DNA of 64,000 bases from Antedon mediterranea (lineage: Eukaryota > Animalia > Echinodermata). The notes under the pieces were generated by a model. The model ran no database searches. It was not told where the DNA came from and was given only the letters and a program-made list of their open reading frames with translations. Every line of letters starts with the position of its first letter. Position 1 is the first letter of the stretch. The position numbers and the translations under genes were made by a program. Positions 33,401 through 46,156 of the stretch are shown here, piece by piece. The DNA lies in the NCBI RefSeq assembly GCF_964355755.1, contig NC_092670.1, positions 1,974,201 to 2,038,200 of the forward strand, read 5' to 3'.

Positions 33401-36400
33401 TGACAAACTTATTTAGTCATTTATGTAAATCTTTACTGTACCAGATAATGTCAAAAATTTTATGGGAAATGTATCTCGCACAAATACCAGCAACAAGAAG
33501 ACATCACGTTACTTAAAGACAGTCTATTGTAGTTGTAAAATATCTTGTACAATGACAAGTTTTCATTTCAATAAAGATAGCTGATTGCTGTTTATAGTGT
33601 TCTCTGAAAACTGCTCAATTTTTACAATTTTGGGATATTTATATTCAGTTTTCATAGTGACATGACTCAACCAAAAGAATGGTCAACAAACACTTGTCGA
33701 TCTATAAAATATTTTAAACAATTCATTGACTATATACTATATATATTGACTATAAACTGCAGAGATAATGTGTAGATAAACATTGATAGTTATGATTGCA
33801 AAAAATTGTGAAACATTTTCCACTTGAAATTGAATTGTTAATTATATTTTGCAATGTATTTGAATAGCTGGTTTAATTACAGCTTCATGACTGTCTGAAG
33901 GTTGCGCTCTGGCTAACAGATCCATTCATTGCAAGTTGATAATACAGGAGGATTACTGTACTTATTGACGTCATTTGGTCATTCATAGAAAAAAAGAATT
34001 AAACCAAGGTTAAAAACTAGAAATACCAATTTAAAACTATTGTTCTAATACACTACAGCTAGATTACAACAGTTATAAAGTTACATTCATTATTTTTTTC
34101 ATTTTAGTCAATTTCAAGAACAGTACCAGGAGTAGGCATGTATTTTTGCTGTCTACAAACTCTCAAAAATACATTTGAGTAAGTGCTTCTAATTTTTATA
34201 TCAATAAAATCATCATTTACAGTATGAATTATTATTTCATTTCTAAAATTGTGTAGCAAAAAAGACAATACAAACTATGTTTCTCGCCTAAAAATCAGTT
34301 TGATTAGCAATAATTGCTAAACAAAATTTTAAAATGAAATTTTTCCCTGGATATAAGTATTGTGAGATTTAACCCCCCTCCCCACCAAAAAAATAAGAAA
34401 TTAACATGCTCATCTACTGCCAGCCAATCAGAAGATAATTTGCATTAAATATATTTACTTGTTGTTTGTTTCCGTAGTTGTCACAACCCAGGCCCATTGC
34501 AGGCAATTGGTTTAGGCGTCGTCGGGCGTGGTTTTGCAGGCGTAACCCTGATACCAATCACCGTAGTCAAAACACGTTGTGAGGTAAGAATCGATTAAAC
34601 TGGGTCAAATTACTACACATGTATCAGTATGGTAATTCATTTATTACAGGTTTTCTTTAACAAAATTTTGATATTTTGTGTATTGTATTTTTAATCTAGA
34701 GTAAAGTTTACAACTACCAAAGCCTTGTTGATGCACTAAGAAAAATCTACACCACTGAAGGAAAAAAGGGTAAGGTGTTAATTTGTTATCTTAGTAGTCT
34801 GTAGCGGTGTTTGTTATTTAAGAGCAATAATTAATAAAGGTTAGATCCATCAATCCTGTCAACATTCTAGTACTAATGGTCTTTCCTGTTTTTAAATAAG
34901 TGAACATTAGCACTAGCCTTCTCCGCAATGTTTCATGAAAAACAAATCCAGGCTAGCCAAGCGCCTTTCCATTTTGTGTCAGTTGGTTGTTGCACTAGTA
35001 AAATATTAGCATAGTCGGGCCACAGTGATTTAACTAGGTGATATCTAATACAGTATATATAAGTGTGTGGTGGCTTTGTAGTGTAAATGTAGAGTCGAGG
35101 GGGAAAATGGCAAAAGGCTTCCCTACTAGAATGTTGACAGGATTCTAACCTTGTTCAAACCTGTTAGTGGCGGTGTTTATCGCTGTTGGTTTTGACTGAA
35201 TAAAATAAAATAAAAAACTTTCTATTGAGTCTTATCAGATAATCTATATAGTTTTGACAACTCTGTAACATGACCACAGTGCTGATTTTGCCAGTTTCCC
35301 CCTCTAACTGCAGTAAAGTTGGGCAAGTGATATGTTTGCTAAGTACTATATTAAACAAATCCCATTTCGTAAGGCTTTCTCTAAGGATAAATTATTCACG
35401 TCTATTATTTTTAATATTTATTTGGTTAAAAAAAGGAAATAATTAATGTGTTTGGTGATGGGCAACGATACAAGGTGAAGCACTTTACTATGGTGACCCC
35501 CCCTCCTCTCCCAAACACTTTACAGGTCTTACAAGTGGACTGTCTGCCACGCTGTTGAGAGATGCACCGTTCTCTGGTATCTATCTGATGTTTTACACTC
35601 AAACCAAGAAACATATGCCAATTGGTAAGTGTTTGGATAAACTTGCATTTTATGTGACTATGGTGTACAGATTTTGATGTATAAATTCAATGTCTGTCAA
35701 TTCACAGTCTCTAAAAGATAATTTAGCGTTTATTTACAAACATCACTTTTTATTCATAGATGAAAATGTTGCTGGTATAAAATAAGTGTTGTTTATCATT
35801 AATAAATTACCACTTGTCATTTTAATAATTAATGCTGAAAAAGAAACTAAATATCGGTCAATGCTGCCATTTAACATTCAAGTGTTGATTTTTTAGAACC
35901 TACTTTGAAAATCCTACAAAACTTAAATTTTAGATTACTTTTATTAGATAAGATTGAGCGTCAGTGCCTACCAACCATTAACTTTGCAAGTGGGATAATC
36001 GCTGGCGTCTTGGCATCCACCGTTACTCAACCAGCTGACGTTGTGAAGACGCGAATGCAGTTGTATCCAGAAAGATACAAGACCATCTTACAAACCGTTC
36101 GAAAGATTTTGGCCGAAGAAGGACCTAGAGCCATGTGTACCGGACTAGTGCCCAGATGCTTGCGGAGAACTATGATGGCAGCCATGGCCTGGACTGTCTA
36201 TGAACAAGTAAGTTGGTTCTCCACTGACAATTGTAAACTGGACCAGTTAAAGATGCCTTGGTTCCCACTAGGATCCAGGCCTTGAATTTTACCGCGGCCA
36301 GTGCCGTCGGTGCCCTCCCAGTTGGCCTCAATGCCCTCGAAAATGAATAGCACCCACGGCCACTACTGGCCTGCCCTTTTTTTTGCGTTGGCCGCGAGTG

Positions 36401-38019
36401 CCCTTCCCGAGTTTTACCACAATAAAAACCACTGAATTAGATAGAAAATAATGTCAAGAAGATTTGTTTACACGACTCGGACGAGACGCAAAACCATCGC
36501 CTGTCTTCGTTGCAAGGGGATTTCCCTAAACGCATTTATTAATACACAAACAGTAAACAAAACATCGAACATTGCAATAGGGTAACCAAAACAATATCAT
36601 CTCGGCCGCCGTGCGTGGTAAATCATGGTATAGATAGTACATTAAAATACAGGGGTGTAAACTTTTAATAATCAAGCTAAAAACGTTCCTCGATCGGAGG
36701 TTACTGAAAGTATTAAAGTCGCACAATAATCGAGCTAGCCACCTTCGATAAAAAAAATTACATGCACTCCTAGCTAGCCTAGCCTATCCTCCCGCCGCCG
36801 ATCCGGTCGAACACATGCAATTCAATGCATTGGGAAAACAATTCTATTTGACGCACACGCACCCTCTGATAAGAAATTTCACACACTACACACAACGTCT
36901 TGTGTGAGAGAGTACGCGCGAAGGATCGGATCGTTGGAAAAACAATTCCTTTTGACGTACACGCACCCTCTGAGAAGAAAATACCATGTGCGTTCCTGCA
37001 TGGTGTAGTCCATTATACGTGTAAAATTATGGGTGTTTACCTTTAGCACCAAAGTTAAACCTGCACCTCAACCCGAAGATCGTTGGAAGTATATCATATT
37101 TATATTTTATCGCACCCACCTCAATCCAGCAGACAGATCATCGAAAAATCTTGTTTAACAACGTCGTGCACTAAATTACCAAACGCGTTTTTACCGAATT
37201 CAAGGAAATGGTATAGTCCAGAATACACGTGCCGAAGGCTAAACAGAGAGAGAAAGGGGTCGGTGTCCGTTCGTGTTTTGAATTCTTATAAATATGGGTT
37301 ATACTAACAAAAAAGCTTCAGAAATCGAAACTCGGAAAATAACTATAATTTATATTCTACTACATAATGTCATTGGCTTGATTTTTACCGTGGTTAACAC
37401 TCTGTGTATGAATAGTTGTAGGTATAGGCCAACAAACAAATTGTTTTTGTATCATGTTTTCTCCGTCGGCTGCTAGCTAAGCAAGGCTGAGTAGCTTGCT
37501 GTTGTAAGGGTTTTTATACCTGTTCCGGGCCTTACTTGGTTGGCTTCACATGCCTTTTTATCGCATTATTTGAAACTAAACGAAACATTCAACACAGGAC
37601 GGTAAACTATAAACGCTGAACATCGTACCTATTTATTATTTATATGTATCGTAAATACACGTAATATTTATATGAAATACAAAATTTTGGCCTAGTTATT
37701 AAAATATTTTTTGATTTTGGCCTTGGTGCGCCTTTGATTTAAAACAAATGGCCTTGGTGGCCTTGGTGCCCTCCCATTTGGCCTTGGTGCCCCTAAAATC
37801 AATGAAAACCGGAGGCCAAATGGCCTTGCCCCTAAAATCCCCAAATTCGAGGCCTGAGGATCACAAGTAATTTGACTAGTCCTGACACAATAAATCATGA
37901 TCAATCGCTTTACTGCCTCTTATATTTAATCAAGTGATCAGGTTTTTCTTTAATTAAATATTTTTTAATAACAATTGTTTTCCTATTTGCAGGTTATGTC
38001 TAATTTTTCACAAAAATGA
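30481..38019 (+). CDS. SLC25A38: Mitochondrial glycine carrier SLC25A38; first coding exon tentative
   Basis: Phase-consistent exons: 31022-31219 ([32 protein letters not shown]), 34108-34178, 34478-34583 (PITVVKTR), 34700-34769, 35526-35624 ([15 protein letters not shown]), 35948-36207 ([11 protein letters not shown]; [15 protein letters not shown]), 37993-38019. Putative exon 1 (30481-30520) needs a 1-nt correction. Confidence 0.9.
32491..33264. mobile_element. Tc1/mariner (pogo/Tigger-like) MITE in an SLC25A38 intron
   Basis: TA|ccgtagttcctcgggtataatcccacc ... ggtgggattatacccggggaactacgg|TA, with repeated gggtata(a/g)tcccacc subterminal motifs. Confidence 0.8.
34837..35152. mobile_element. 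Short MITE-like element
   Basis: aatcctgtcaacattctagta (34852) and tactagaatgttgacaggatt (35124) form a perfect 21-bp inverted pair, extended by aaggttaga/tctaacctt. Confidence 0.55.
36276..37856. mobile_element. hAT-like non-autonomous element with 6-bp TSD
   Basis: TIRs caggccttgaattt / aaattcgaggcctg. aggatc is duplicated at 36270-36275 and 37857-37862. gtgccct subterminal repeats occur at both ends. Confidence 0.8.
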
Positions 38020-38450
38020 ATATGGCAGATAATGATTACAAAATGAATATGGCAGATAATCATTACAAAATGAACATGGCAGATAATGATTACAAAATCT
38101 TCTGATTTGTTCTGCAACTTGATCTACAAAAAGAGCAGCTTTTGAATCACAAAAAAATGACATGATTTTAAAAATTTGCAACTTATGTGAATATATTTAA
38201 CACTGTTAAGTGTAAAATAAAATAGCAACACTACTGCAGAATAGCAACATTACTGCAAAATAGCAACACTACTGCAGAATAGCAACACTACTGCAGAATA
38301 GCAACGCAACTGCAGAATAGCAACGCAACTGCAGAATAGCAACACTACTGCAGAATAGCAACGCAACTGCAAAATAGCGACACTACTGCAAAATAGCGAC
38401 GCTACTGCAAAATAGCGACGCTACTGCAAAATAGCAACACTACTGCATAA
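38010..38450. repeat. Minisatellites in the SLC25A38 3' region (27-bp x3; 19-bp x~12)
   Basis: Units are caaaatgaatatggcagataatgatta (38010-38098) and aatagcaac(a/g)c(t/a)actgca(g/a) (38220-38448). Confidence 0.9.
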
Positions 38451-39274
38451 TTTCTACATTTGGAAGCTATTATTAAACCTTACTTGAACAACAAGTTGTC
38501 AATGATACTTAACACAGGATAACCATTTGCTTCAAAATGTTGTTAATGACTTTTATTGCGAATACTAAATATGATTGAAGGATCTGAATATATGTACAGC
38601 AGTATTATGAACAATGAACAATACAATCATTAGTATGTATACTGATAGTGACTGTGATGAACTAATGTACTATGATTGTTGTAACAAAAATAATAACAAT
38701 ATTGTAATTTATTGAATTAAATTTTTTATGAAGTGGTTTTTATGTTTAAGAAAGTCAATTACTGATGTTATTTTGGTATTTGAATGAATGAACTCTCTCC
38801 AGCACCCTTGGGTCATATCAAATTTATCCAAGAATAACTTAATTTAGTTCACTTTGTATCTTATTTTAAGAGTAGATTTTAAGATCGTCTATGGGCATTG
38901 TTATGTTTGCTATTAAACATCATCAGGGTTGTTGGAAGGACAATTTTAATTAATTTAAAAAGGTCCAAACATATTTATGTGTGTTATAAAATGTGTTCTT
39001 TGGTTCCAAGAGAGCATGATGAAACTGTGCCTGACATGCGTAGCTGACTCTAAAAGTTAGGATAGATGTGGTTATGTACATGTACAGTACATCAAGTAAA
39101 GGGTGGAAATTTACAGCAAGTATTATTTTTGTTCTATGAAATCAATGAGGCGTAAAGGTCCTTTAAGCTTCTTTTTTTCTGTTCATAGATCATTTCAGCT
39201 GTTTTTTTTAATGTATCCCATTCTTTCAAATTATTTAATTTTAACATTCTAATTTTGTATCATTCCTCCATTAC

Positions 39275-39720
39275 ATTGGCACATTTGGATGATGTCACTA
39301 ACTGTACACTATTATTAAATCTGTTATAATGCATGCAATACAATACAACAACATTTATTCAATATTCAATATTTTACAAAGTTTATGGGTTAAGATACAC
39401 AGAAGCCAAAGTGGCTTGTCTTTGCCACTTCACCATGTTGGCTATTAAAGGGCATCTAGAAAACTTAAAATATCTTTAGTTTATTAAATCTGTTATTAAT
39501 GCATGCCACTTCACCATGTTGGCACATTTGGATGATGTCACTACTGTACACTATTATTAAATCTGTTATTAATGCATGCCACTTCACCATGTTGGCTATT
39601 AAAGGGCATCTAGAAAACTTAAAATATCTTTAGTTTATTAAATCTGTTATTAATGCATGCCACTTCACCATGTTGGCTATTAAAGGGCATCTAGAAAACT
39701 TAAAATATCTTTAGTTTTCT
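39275..39720. repeat. Mosaic tandem duplications of ~50-80-bp blocks
   Basis: gccacttcaccatgttggctattaaagggcatctagaaaacttaaaatatctttagttt occurs three times, interleaved with ttggcacatttggatgatgtcactactgtacac twice. Confidence 0.8.
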
Positions 39721-40488
39721 AAATCTTTATTTTCTTTAGATGGTTAATACTGTTTGTGCAATTTATAAATTTAATTTTATCGATTTGTGTGTACAAATTG
39801 AATTTATAACTAAATAAATTTATTTTATTTCTGTATGAAAGAAGTTTGAACAAAAACTGATAATATATTGTGTAAATAGTGGATTTGCTACTACCTCAAT
39901 TATTGATTGGGTTTGATTATGTTGTAGCTTTGAATAAAGTTATACCATACTCAAGAACCAGGGTGCTTACAAATTAAGGTAAGCAATTGTCATGGTGGAC
40001 TAAATATTATATTGCACCATAATAATAAATGTACATACGGTCAGTTATATAACCATGTATAAATTCAATTTATGCATTAAAAAATTATGTTTGTTTATGG
40101 TTAATTTTTAAAATCTTCATACATATTCTCATATTTTGATATGTGCATGAAATATTTAGAATTGTTTTGTTTCAATTTTATTTCGTGATAGTTAAGTGTG
40201 TTTTTCAATAAATGTTATCTAACAAAACAACACTAACAGTTATTGACTCATTAGTTCTGTTGGTGATGTCGCGTGCGTGCACTGCAACTCTACAGTTCTA
40301 ACTATGTCGGTCGGTAAACACCAACTTGAGCACACGACTGCAGCCATGTATATGGCCTTGTTTCTATTTCATCACCACTTAACAGTGACACAAGTCGCCA
40401 ATAACATACTAAAGTTGAACAATTAAATCAATATGACGAATAAATGTTAAGGTAATAACTAATATCAAAAATGAAAAGAATTTGTTAA

Positions 40489-40590
40489 GCTCTGTCCACA
40501 CTATCAAATATGCCCAAATATGGTAGTGATATGACCTCATCATGTTCATATATGGGCACATCACAATTTTTTGTCGGCATAGACAGAGCT
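40489..40590. mobile_element. Short MITE family (gctctgtctacactatcaaac TIR, T(T/A)A target); copies also at 50431-50573, 59044-59157, 61040-61201
   Basis: The 61040 copy reads ttaa|gctctgtctacactatcaaac ... atttgatagtgtagacagagc|ttaa. All four copies share gcccaaatatggtagtgatatg / catatttgggcacatcaca internal motifs. Confidence 0.8.
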
Positions 40591-40686
40591 TTAATATGGG
40601 GCGACTGAGTACATTACTTTGCATTTAGATGCACCGTGTTTCTCGGGCGGCTTCCCTCCGAGAGGAATCCTAATACATATATATTA

Positions 40687-41182
40687 GAGAGGTTTCGCAA
40701 TCTTACGAATACGATAACGAAAACGGACATTCGTTTTCGTAAGTCATAAAAAAATCTGTTTCGCATGGCAACGAAATATTGAGGCGCGTCCAAAATATGA
40801 CTGCGATAAATTTGAGCGAAGCGCAGGTACGTGTTGCTTGGTGGTGCTTGGCTGCCTAGGCCTAGCGTAACATCAAAGCGAGTGAGGACTTTAAAAACTG
40901 CTATTTATCAAAATTGACTTGGCATTTTAGTAAATTACTTTAGCAAATTACTTTCAATAAATCTATAATTATATTATAATCTAGAATCATTCCTGATTCA
41001 AATGCAAAATGTGCAAATAGATCAAAAACTATACTCGTTTTGTAGTTACGAATATGACTGTGGTAATATTCGTCAACACGAATACGCCTTACGAATATGA
41101 AATGGGGATCAGCTCAAAAGTTTCACAAATGTATGACGTATCTGTTTTCGTTAATCGTATTCGTAAGGTTGCGAAACCTCCC
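40687..41182. mobile_element. MITE with ~40-bp TIRs (Harbinger/ISL2EU-like termini)
   Basis: TA|gagaggtttcgcaatcttacgaatacgataacgaaaac ... gttttcgttaatcgtattcgtaaggttgcgaaacctccc|TA. Confidence 0.75.
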
Positions 41183-41491
41183 TAAGCTTGTGTAATATAC
41201 TTGTTCAGACATTTATAATGTTTGCATGAAAATGAACAAAGCTGGGTCTTGTATATTTACATTCATAATTTATTTACATATTTTCTATAAATGAATTTTA
41301 CAAGTACAGTAGTGGTTTTATTATTCGTAGTAGTAGTGTTGCACACGCTGGGGCGTCGACACCTACGCTTTGTATGGCGTGTTCACCTAGGTGTCTGTAT
41401 GTGTGTAAACGCTGGAGTTGACAATACTTTATTCATCATACGAAAAAAAGTTTGCAGTTTTGGGAGAGTCAATTGATCTTTGTATTCAAGC

Positions 41492-44032
41492 TCATGTTCT
41501 TTCTCCTTTTAACAAAACTGGCTCTTCTAATCTACTGTTAATGTCTTCAGAGGAGGCTGTCCTGGATGAGAAATGTTTAGACGTTGTTGACCTTTCACCT
41601 TTCAATGACTGTTTCCCAGCAGATGTGCCATGATGACTTGGTTTGCCATGTGTGAAGTGTGTCAAAACACTGTAAATCAACGGCCTGTAAAAGACACATA
41701 ATTTTTTTATGAAGAAGGTAAAGGTTAATACACATTTCTGGAGATACTGGTAGGCCAGATGTTATTGTAAATCAAATTTAGAAAGATTCAAAATATAGTA
41801 GTACAGTTGATGTGAATACCGGAGTTGAGTGAATGGATATCTGCTTGATTGTGATCTAGTTTGTATACTGTATGTATTAGGTCACCTTTGGGTCACATTT
41901 TTACCAGGGGTAGGGAAAAATGAGTGAGTGTCTACATCGGTTTTATCAAAGGCTTATTTGTTTATCTATATAGAGTGTGCCGATCATCACCATATATACT
42001 TGTGTAATAGTACCATTGTTCCTCAAATGGTGTTATCTCCGATTAACAGCCTTATATATCTTTATAAGAGATACCTCCTTTAGCCTTACAGATAGAATTC
42101 ATAAAACACAATGCATTATGAATTCATTTTTGATCAAAACACTTCTCTTATCATTCCTGTAGCTATTTTGATCACAGGATATAAACGTAAACAAACTCGT
42201 TTGACAGTTGTTATGCAACTGATCAAGTTATGAAAAGGGGTCAAAAGTTGAATAACATGTTAAGCATAGAAATAGTACAGCAGTATTACGAATATAAATA
42301 CCTACAGCTTTTACTCTTTATGAAAATCTCTATTCGCTATCAAACCATTCATACTACCAGGTCAAAAACAAGAACCATGGTTACCACTTCCCACCAATTA
42401 TTATGATAACACACCCTGTTCTCAACACCATTATAATAAGCCTCTCTATTGTTCAAGTTCCTCCAGAAAAACATTAACTTACAGTAGTACTGTATATAAA
42501 AATGTATCATCTCTACTTGGTACAAATCCGCCAATCATATGCTTTTTGAAGTACAAGATTTCAACTTACAGTGATTTTGAATCTTTGTCTTCAATCAAAT
42601 TCAACTCTTTGGTTAGAAACTGACGATCAAGTCTTGGTGTAGACTGTCCCGATTCTATAAAATAGTAACACAGCTTAATATTATAAGAGTACAGTAACCT
42701 TTTATAATTCAGTTAAAGGTACAGTACTTTTAATTATTTTAGTAAAAATTCCTACTGTTCTTCATCCACCATAATAAGCATAAAAACACTGTCTTTTTCT
42801 AGTAAGGCAGGTTTGCAGTACACCATGAAATTAAGTTGAGAATACAGTATCATTTCAATTAGGATATCTACAACGTGTCTTCTGGAGTAAAACATCAGCA
42901 TTGCTCATTTACATAAAGCATGCATAAAGTATACTGTTGCTTTACATAAAAGCTAACAACACTGTCAATTACACAATCGGCCTACACATAACAACATTGC
43001 ATATTTTTACATAATAAAAAGGACATATTGAATATTGAATATTACCAGCCATCAGGACTGATTCAGTGTATTTATAACGGTTGTATTCAAGGTACTCTAA
43101 AATCAGCTCATTGATAAGCATATTCTCGTTGCTCATAGGAGGGGGCACTTCATTTGGGTCATTGAGGGCATGGAAGACCTCTGCACGAACCCTAGCTTTC
43201 ACCTGATCTAGTGTGCCTCTGTTTGTCAGAGTCTCTTTCAAAACTGGAAAAAAAATAAAATTTGATAGAAAAATTATTATTGTATTATTTATATATAAAT
43301 AATAAATTATTCATTACATTTTTTCAGTCAGTTTGATCATGAGTATCTTTTTGTAGAGTAGAATTGGAATATACTTACTTAGCTTTGCTTCACCCACCAT
43401 GTATTACAAATACAACTAAGGTATTTTACTATCCACTCAATATATTTTTAGTTAATTAAAGCTTAGCTAGACTCGAGGCCAGGCAGACAGGAGAGTCAAC
43501 TACAGACAGGCCTAAGCTACACTGGCGATGGATTTCTGCTCAATTATTAATTGATTAAAAATACAGTAGTTATAATTATAAATCATCGATTTTTTAAAAT
43601 GTCATGCTTGCAGGATTTTGTTTGTTGAGAACCAGTGAGAGTATTTATCCATCGGTCAGTCAGTGGTTGGATGATTAAAATAAAGTATGAAAACAATTTT
43701 GAGTATTTATTTTTTATTTTAAGGGTTGCCGTCTGCACTGCATAGCTAGGCCTGGCCAATTTACACAGCCAAGCAAGCGTTTTTCGTAAGTGCAAAACCA
43801 TGTAGCTTGTTGTCCGACGTAGATTCTAATAGCTAGGCCTAGCTAGGCTAACTACGCTAGGCCTGCCTAGCTAGGCAGTCTAGTGACTAGCCTAGTATAG
43901 TAGAGAGTAGGCCTAGCTAGGCTAGTAGGCCTTGCCTGCCCTAGACTCTAGGCATAGGAAATTCTATTTAATAAGAGCAATAATTAGTTGGATTTTTTGC
44001 TCACCGGATTTAAGGTCTTGAATAGCTGCCAT
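41492..44032 (-). CDS. CEP20: Centrosomal protein 20 (FOPNL/FOR20), LisH-domain; 4 coding exons
   Basis: Phase-consistent exons: 44032-44005 (MAAIQDLKS), 43243-43046 (VLKETLTNRGTLDQVKARVRAEVF...NELILEYLEYNRYKYTESVL), 42654-42570 (ESGQ..PRLDRQFL), 41684-41492 (PLIYSVLTHF...stop). Confidence 0.9.
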
Positions 44033-44046
44033 AATATTCGTTCTTC

Positions 44047-45438
44047 GGCGCTAATGCAGTTTCGTACCCACCTCTTAAAATTACTCAAAATCTTCATCCA
44101 ACCTACTCACGAGTTGTCTACAACATTCTGCAATCATAAAATTGCAAAAAATCGATAATTTTTTATTTAAAACTATTTTTAATCAATTAATACTGAGCAC
44201 CCTTCGGAAATACATCGCCAGCTTAGCTGCTTCGCGAAAATCATCGCTAGGCCTGCCGATAAAAGTACGGAGGCCTCACAGGACATTAACTCTATAGAGT
44301 AAACAGTTGCGTTCTATAGAGGGCGTAGTTACTAACGTTTAAAGCACGAACCAAATAATTATAATTTTCATTATTTCCGACATGCGTTTCGTATTTTTAA
44401 TAAAGAAAATACTATACAACTGCTGTATTCATCATTGTGGGTATCATCATAATTATGTTATGTTTTTAATTTGTTCTTTCATTTTACTAGTAGAATTTCA
44501 CACAGAAAAGAAGATAAATATGGAACTGCTGACTCTTGAAGATAAAAGTACTACTGACCGATTTTCCTCTGTTTTAGTTTATTTTACATTATGGTTTGTA
44601 GGTCAAATAAATAAATGAAATGAATAAAAAGAATTACAGTACTTCATTCCTGAGTTACACAATAATCAAGCTATGACAAATTAATTGTTTTAGTATTTGT
44701 TATCACTAGCTATACTAGAAACGCTAATGGTTTCCCTGTTTTAAGATTTTATAGAAGTATATTATTTTTTATTCACCTATGAAAGACCTCTTCAAATACA
44801 TGGAAATAGGAAATGCAACAAAAACAGAAAGATATAATTTATTGAAATGTATTAATACAATAATTATAATAAAAATGTTTTCCATCAATTACTAGAATTT
44901 ATTTTACTTCTGCTGACACTGAATACATCATTTCATGTCTATTCATTAATTTATTTCAACAATATTTTATGAGGGTGGTCCATCCAGCCGAAGCTGATCA
45001 TTAGGGACCCTTACAAAAAATATAATTTGACAAGACAATAACACACAACATTCAAAATAAATAGAATTCAACATAATTAAACACAAAATATTTCTTTATG
45101 AAAAAAACTTAAAATCCGTTTCACGAGGAACATGTAAAAAATATTTTATTATCGCCATAATATGATCATAACAGCGTCCTCTATAGATCGATGCCCTATG
45201 AGGCCTCCGTACTTTCATCGGCAGGCCTAGCGATGATTTTCGCGAAGCTAAGCTGGCGATGGATTTCTGAAGGGTGCTCAATTATTAATTGATTAAAAAT
45301 AGTTATAAATAAGAAATTATCGATATTTTACCATTTTATGCTTGCTGAATGCTGTAGACAACTCGTGAGTAGGCTAGATGAAGTATTGAAATCATTTTGA
45401 GTAATTTTAAGGGGTGGGTACGAAACTGCATTAGCGCC
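44047..45438. mobile_element. Merlin-like non-autonomous element, ~255-bp TIRs, 8-bp TSD, between CEP20 and ADPRH
   Basis: Ends are ggcgctaatgcagtttcgtacccac (44047) and gtgggtacgaaactgcattagcgcc (45438). cgttcttc is duplicated at 44039-44046 and 45439-45446. A partial extra TIR copy lies at ~43521-43620. Confidence 0.85.
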
Positions 45439-45469
45439 CGTTCTTCTTGGTATTTTGTTGTCACTTTTT

Positions 45470-45700
45470 AAGTTTTAAAACTTCCCGCGCCGTCTCTCTT
45501 GCTCTCTCGCGCGCGGGGCCGGCTGGGGCCGTCCAGTCTAGCTGTGTTCATACTGTACCTAAATATAGAATGACGTCATAGGAGAAAATACCACTATTTT
45601 TAATGCAATTTTGTTTTGTTGCACGACGATCGAGCAGGACTCACTCTCTCAGTGTGTCAGCAGTCTATTTGGCTGTTTATTAGTAGGATTTTAGGGTATG
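45470..45700. promoter_or_regulatory. Probable bidirectional promoter core for CEP20/ADPRH and non-coding ADPRH exon 1
   Basis: GC/CpG-rich patch with an E2F-like ttcccgcgcc (~45482), tctcgcgcgcg, a perfect CRE tgacgtca (45571-45578) and a donor gg|gtatgt at ~45696. Confidence 0.55.
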
Positions 45701-46156
45701 TCTTTGATTTTATTTTACGATTAATGTTAAGGAGAAATAAACGAAGATTATAAAGATTTCTGAATAAAAGATCAAGAGCTCTGCTAGTTAAACTCCCTTT
45801 CCACATAATACACTACTGTACTGGTGGTGGGGGTGGATGTGTGAGAGGTGAGGGCGCTAGAGCATTTATTTACTCTACTGCTGTATAATATCATAAATGT
45901 TTAGTACATCAACAGATATTTCTAAAGGTATAATATTATTTTTGAATATACGGTATATTCACATTAATATAAACACTGTTTTAATTAAGTTAAAATATTT
46001 TGTTATTGTTCCAATTAATGAGACCGTAAAAAAACGCATGCCATAAATGATAAAAGCCGTCTAGATTAAATCATGGAGGTATAATATACCTCCATGATTA
46101 AATGTTGTTTTTTATTTATTTTTTTAAATTTTTTTTTTTCAGATTTCAGTATAAAT

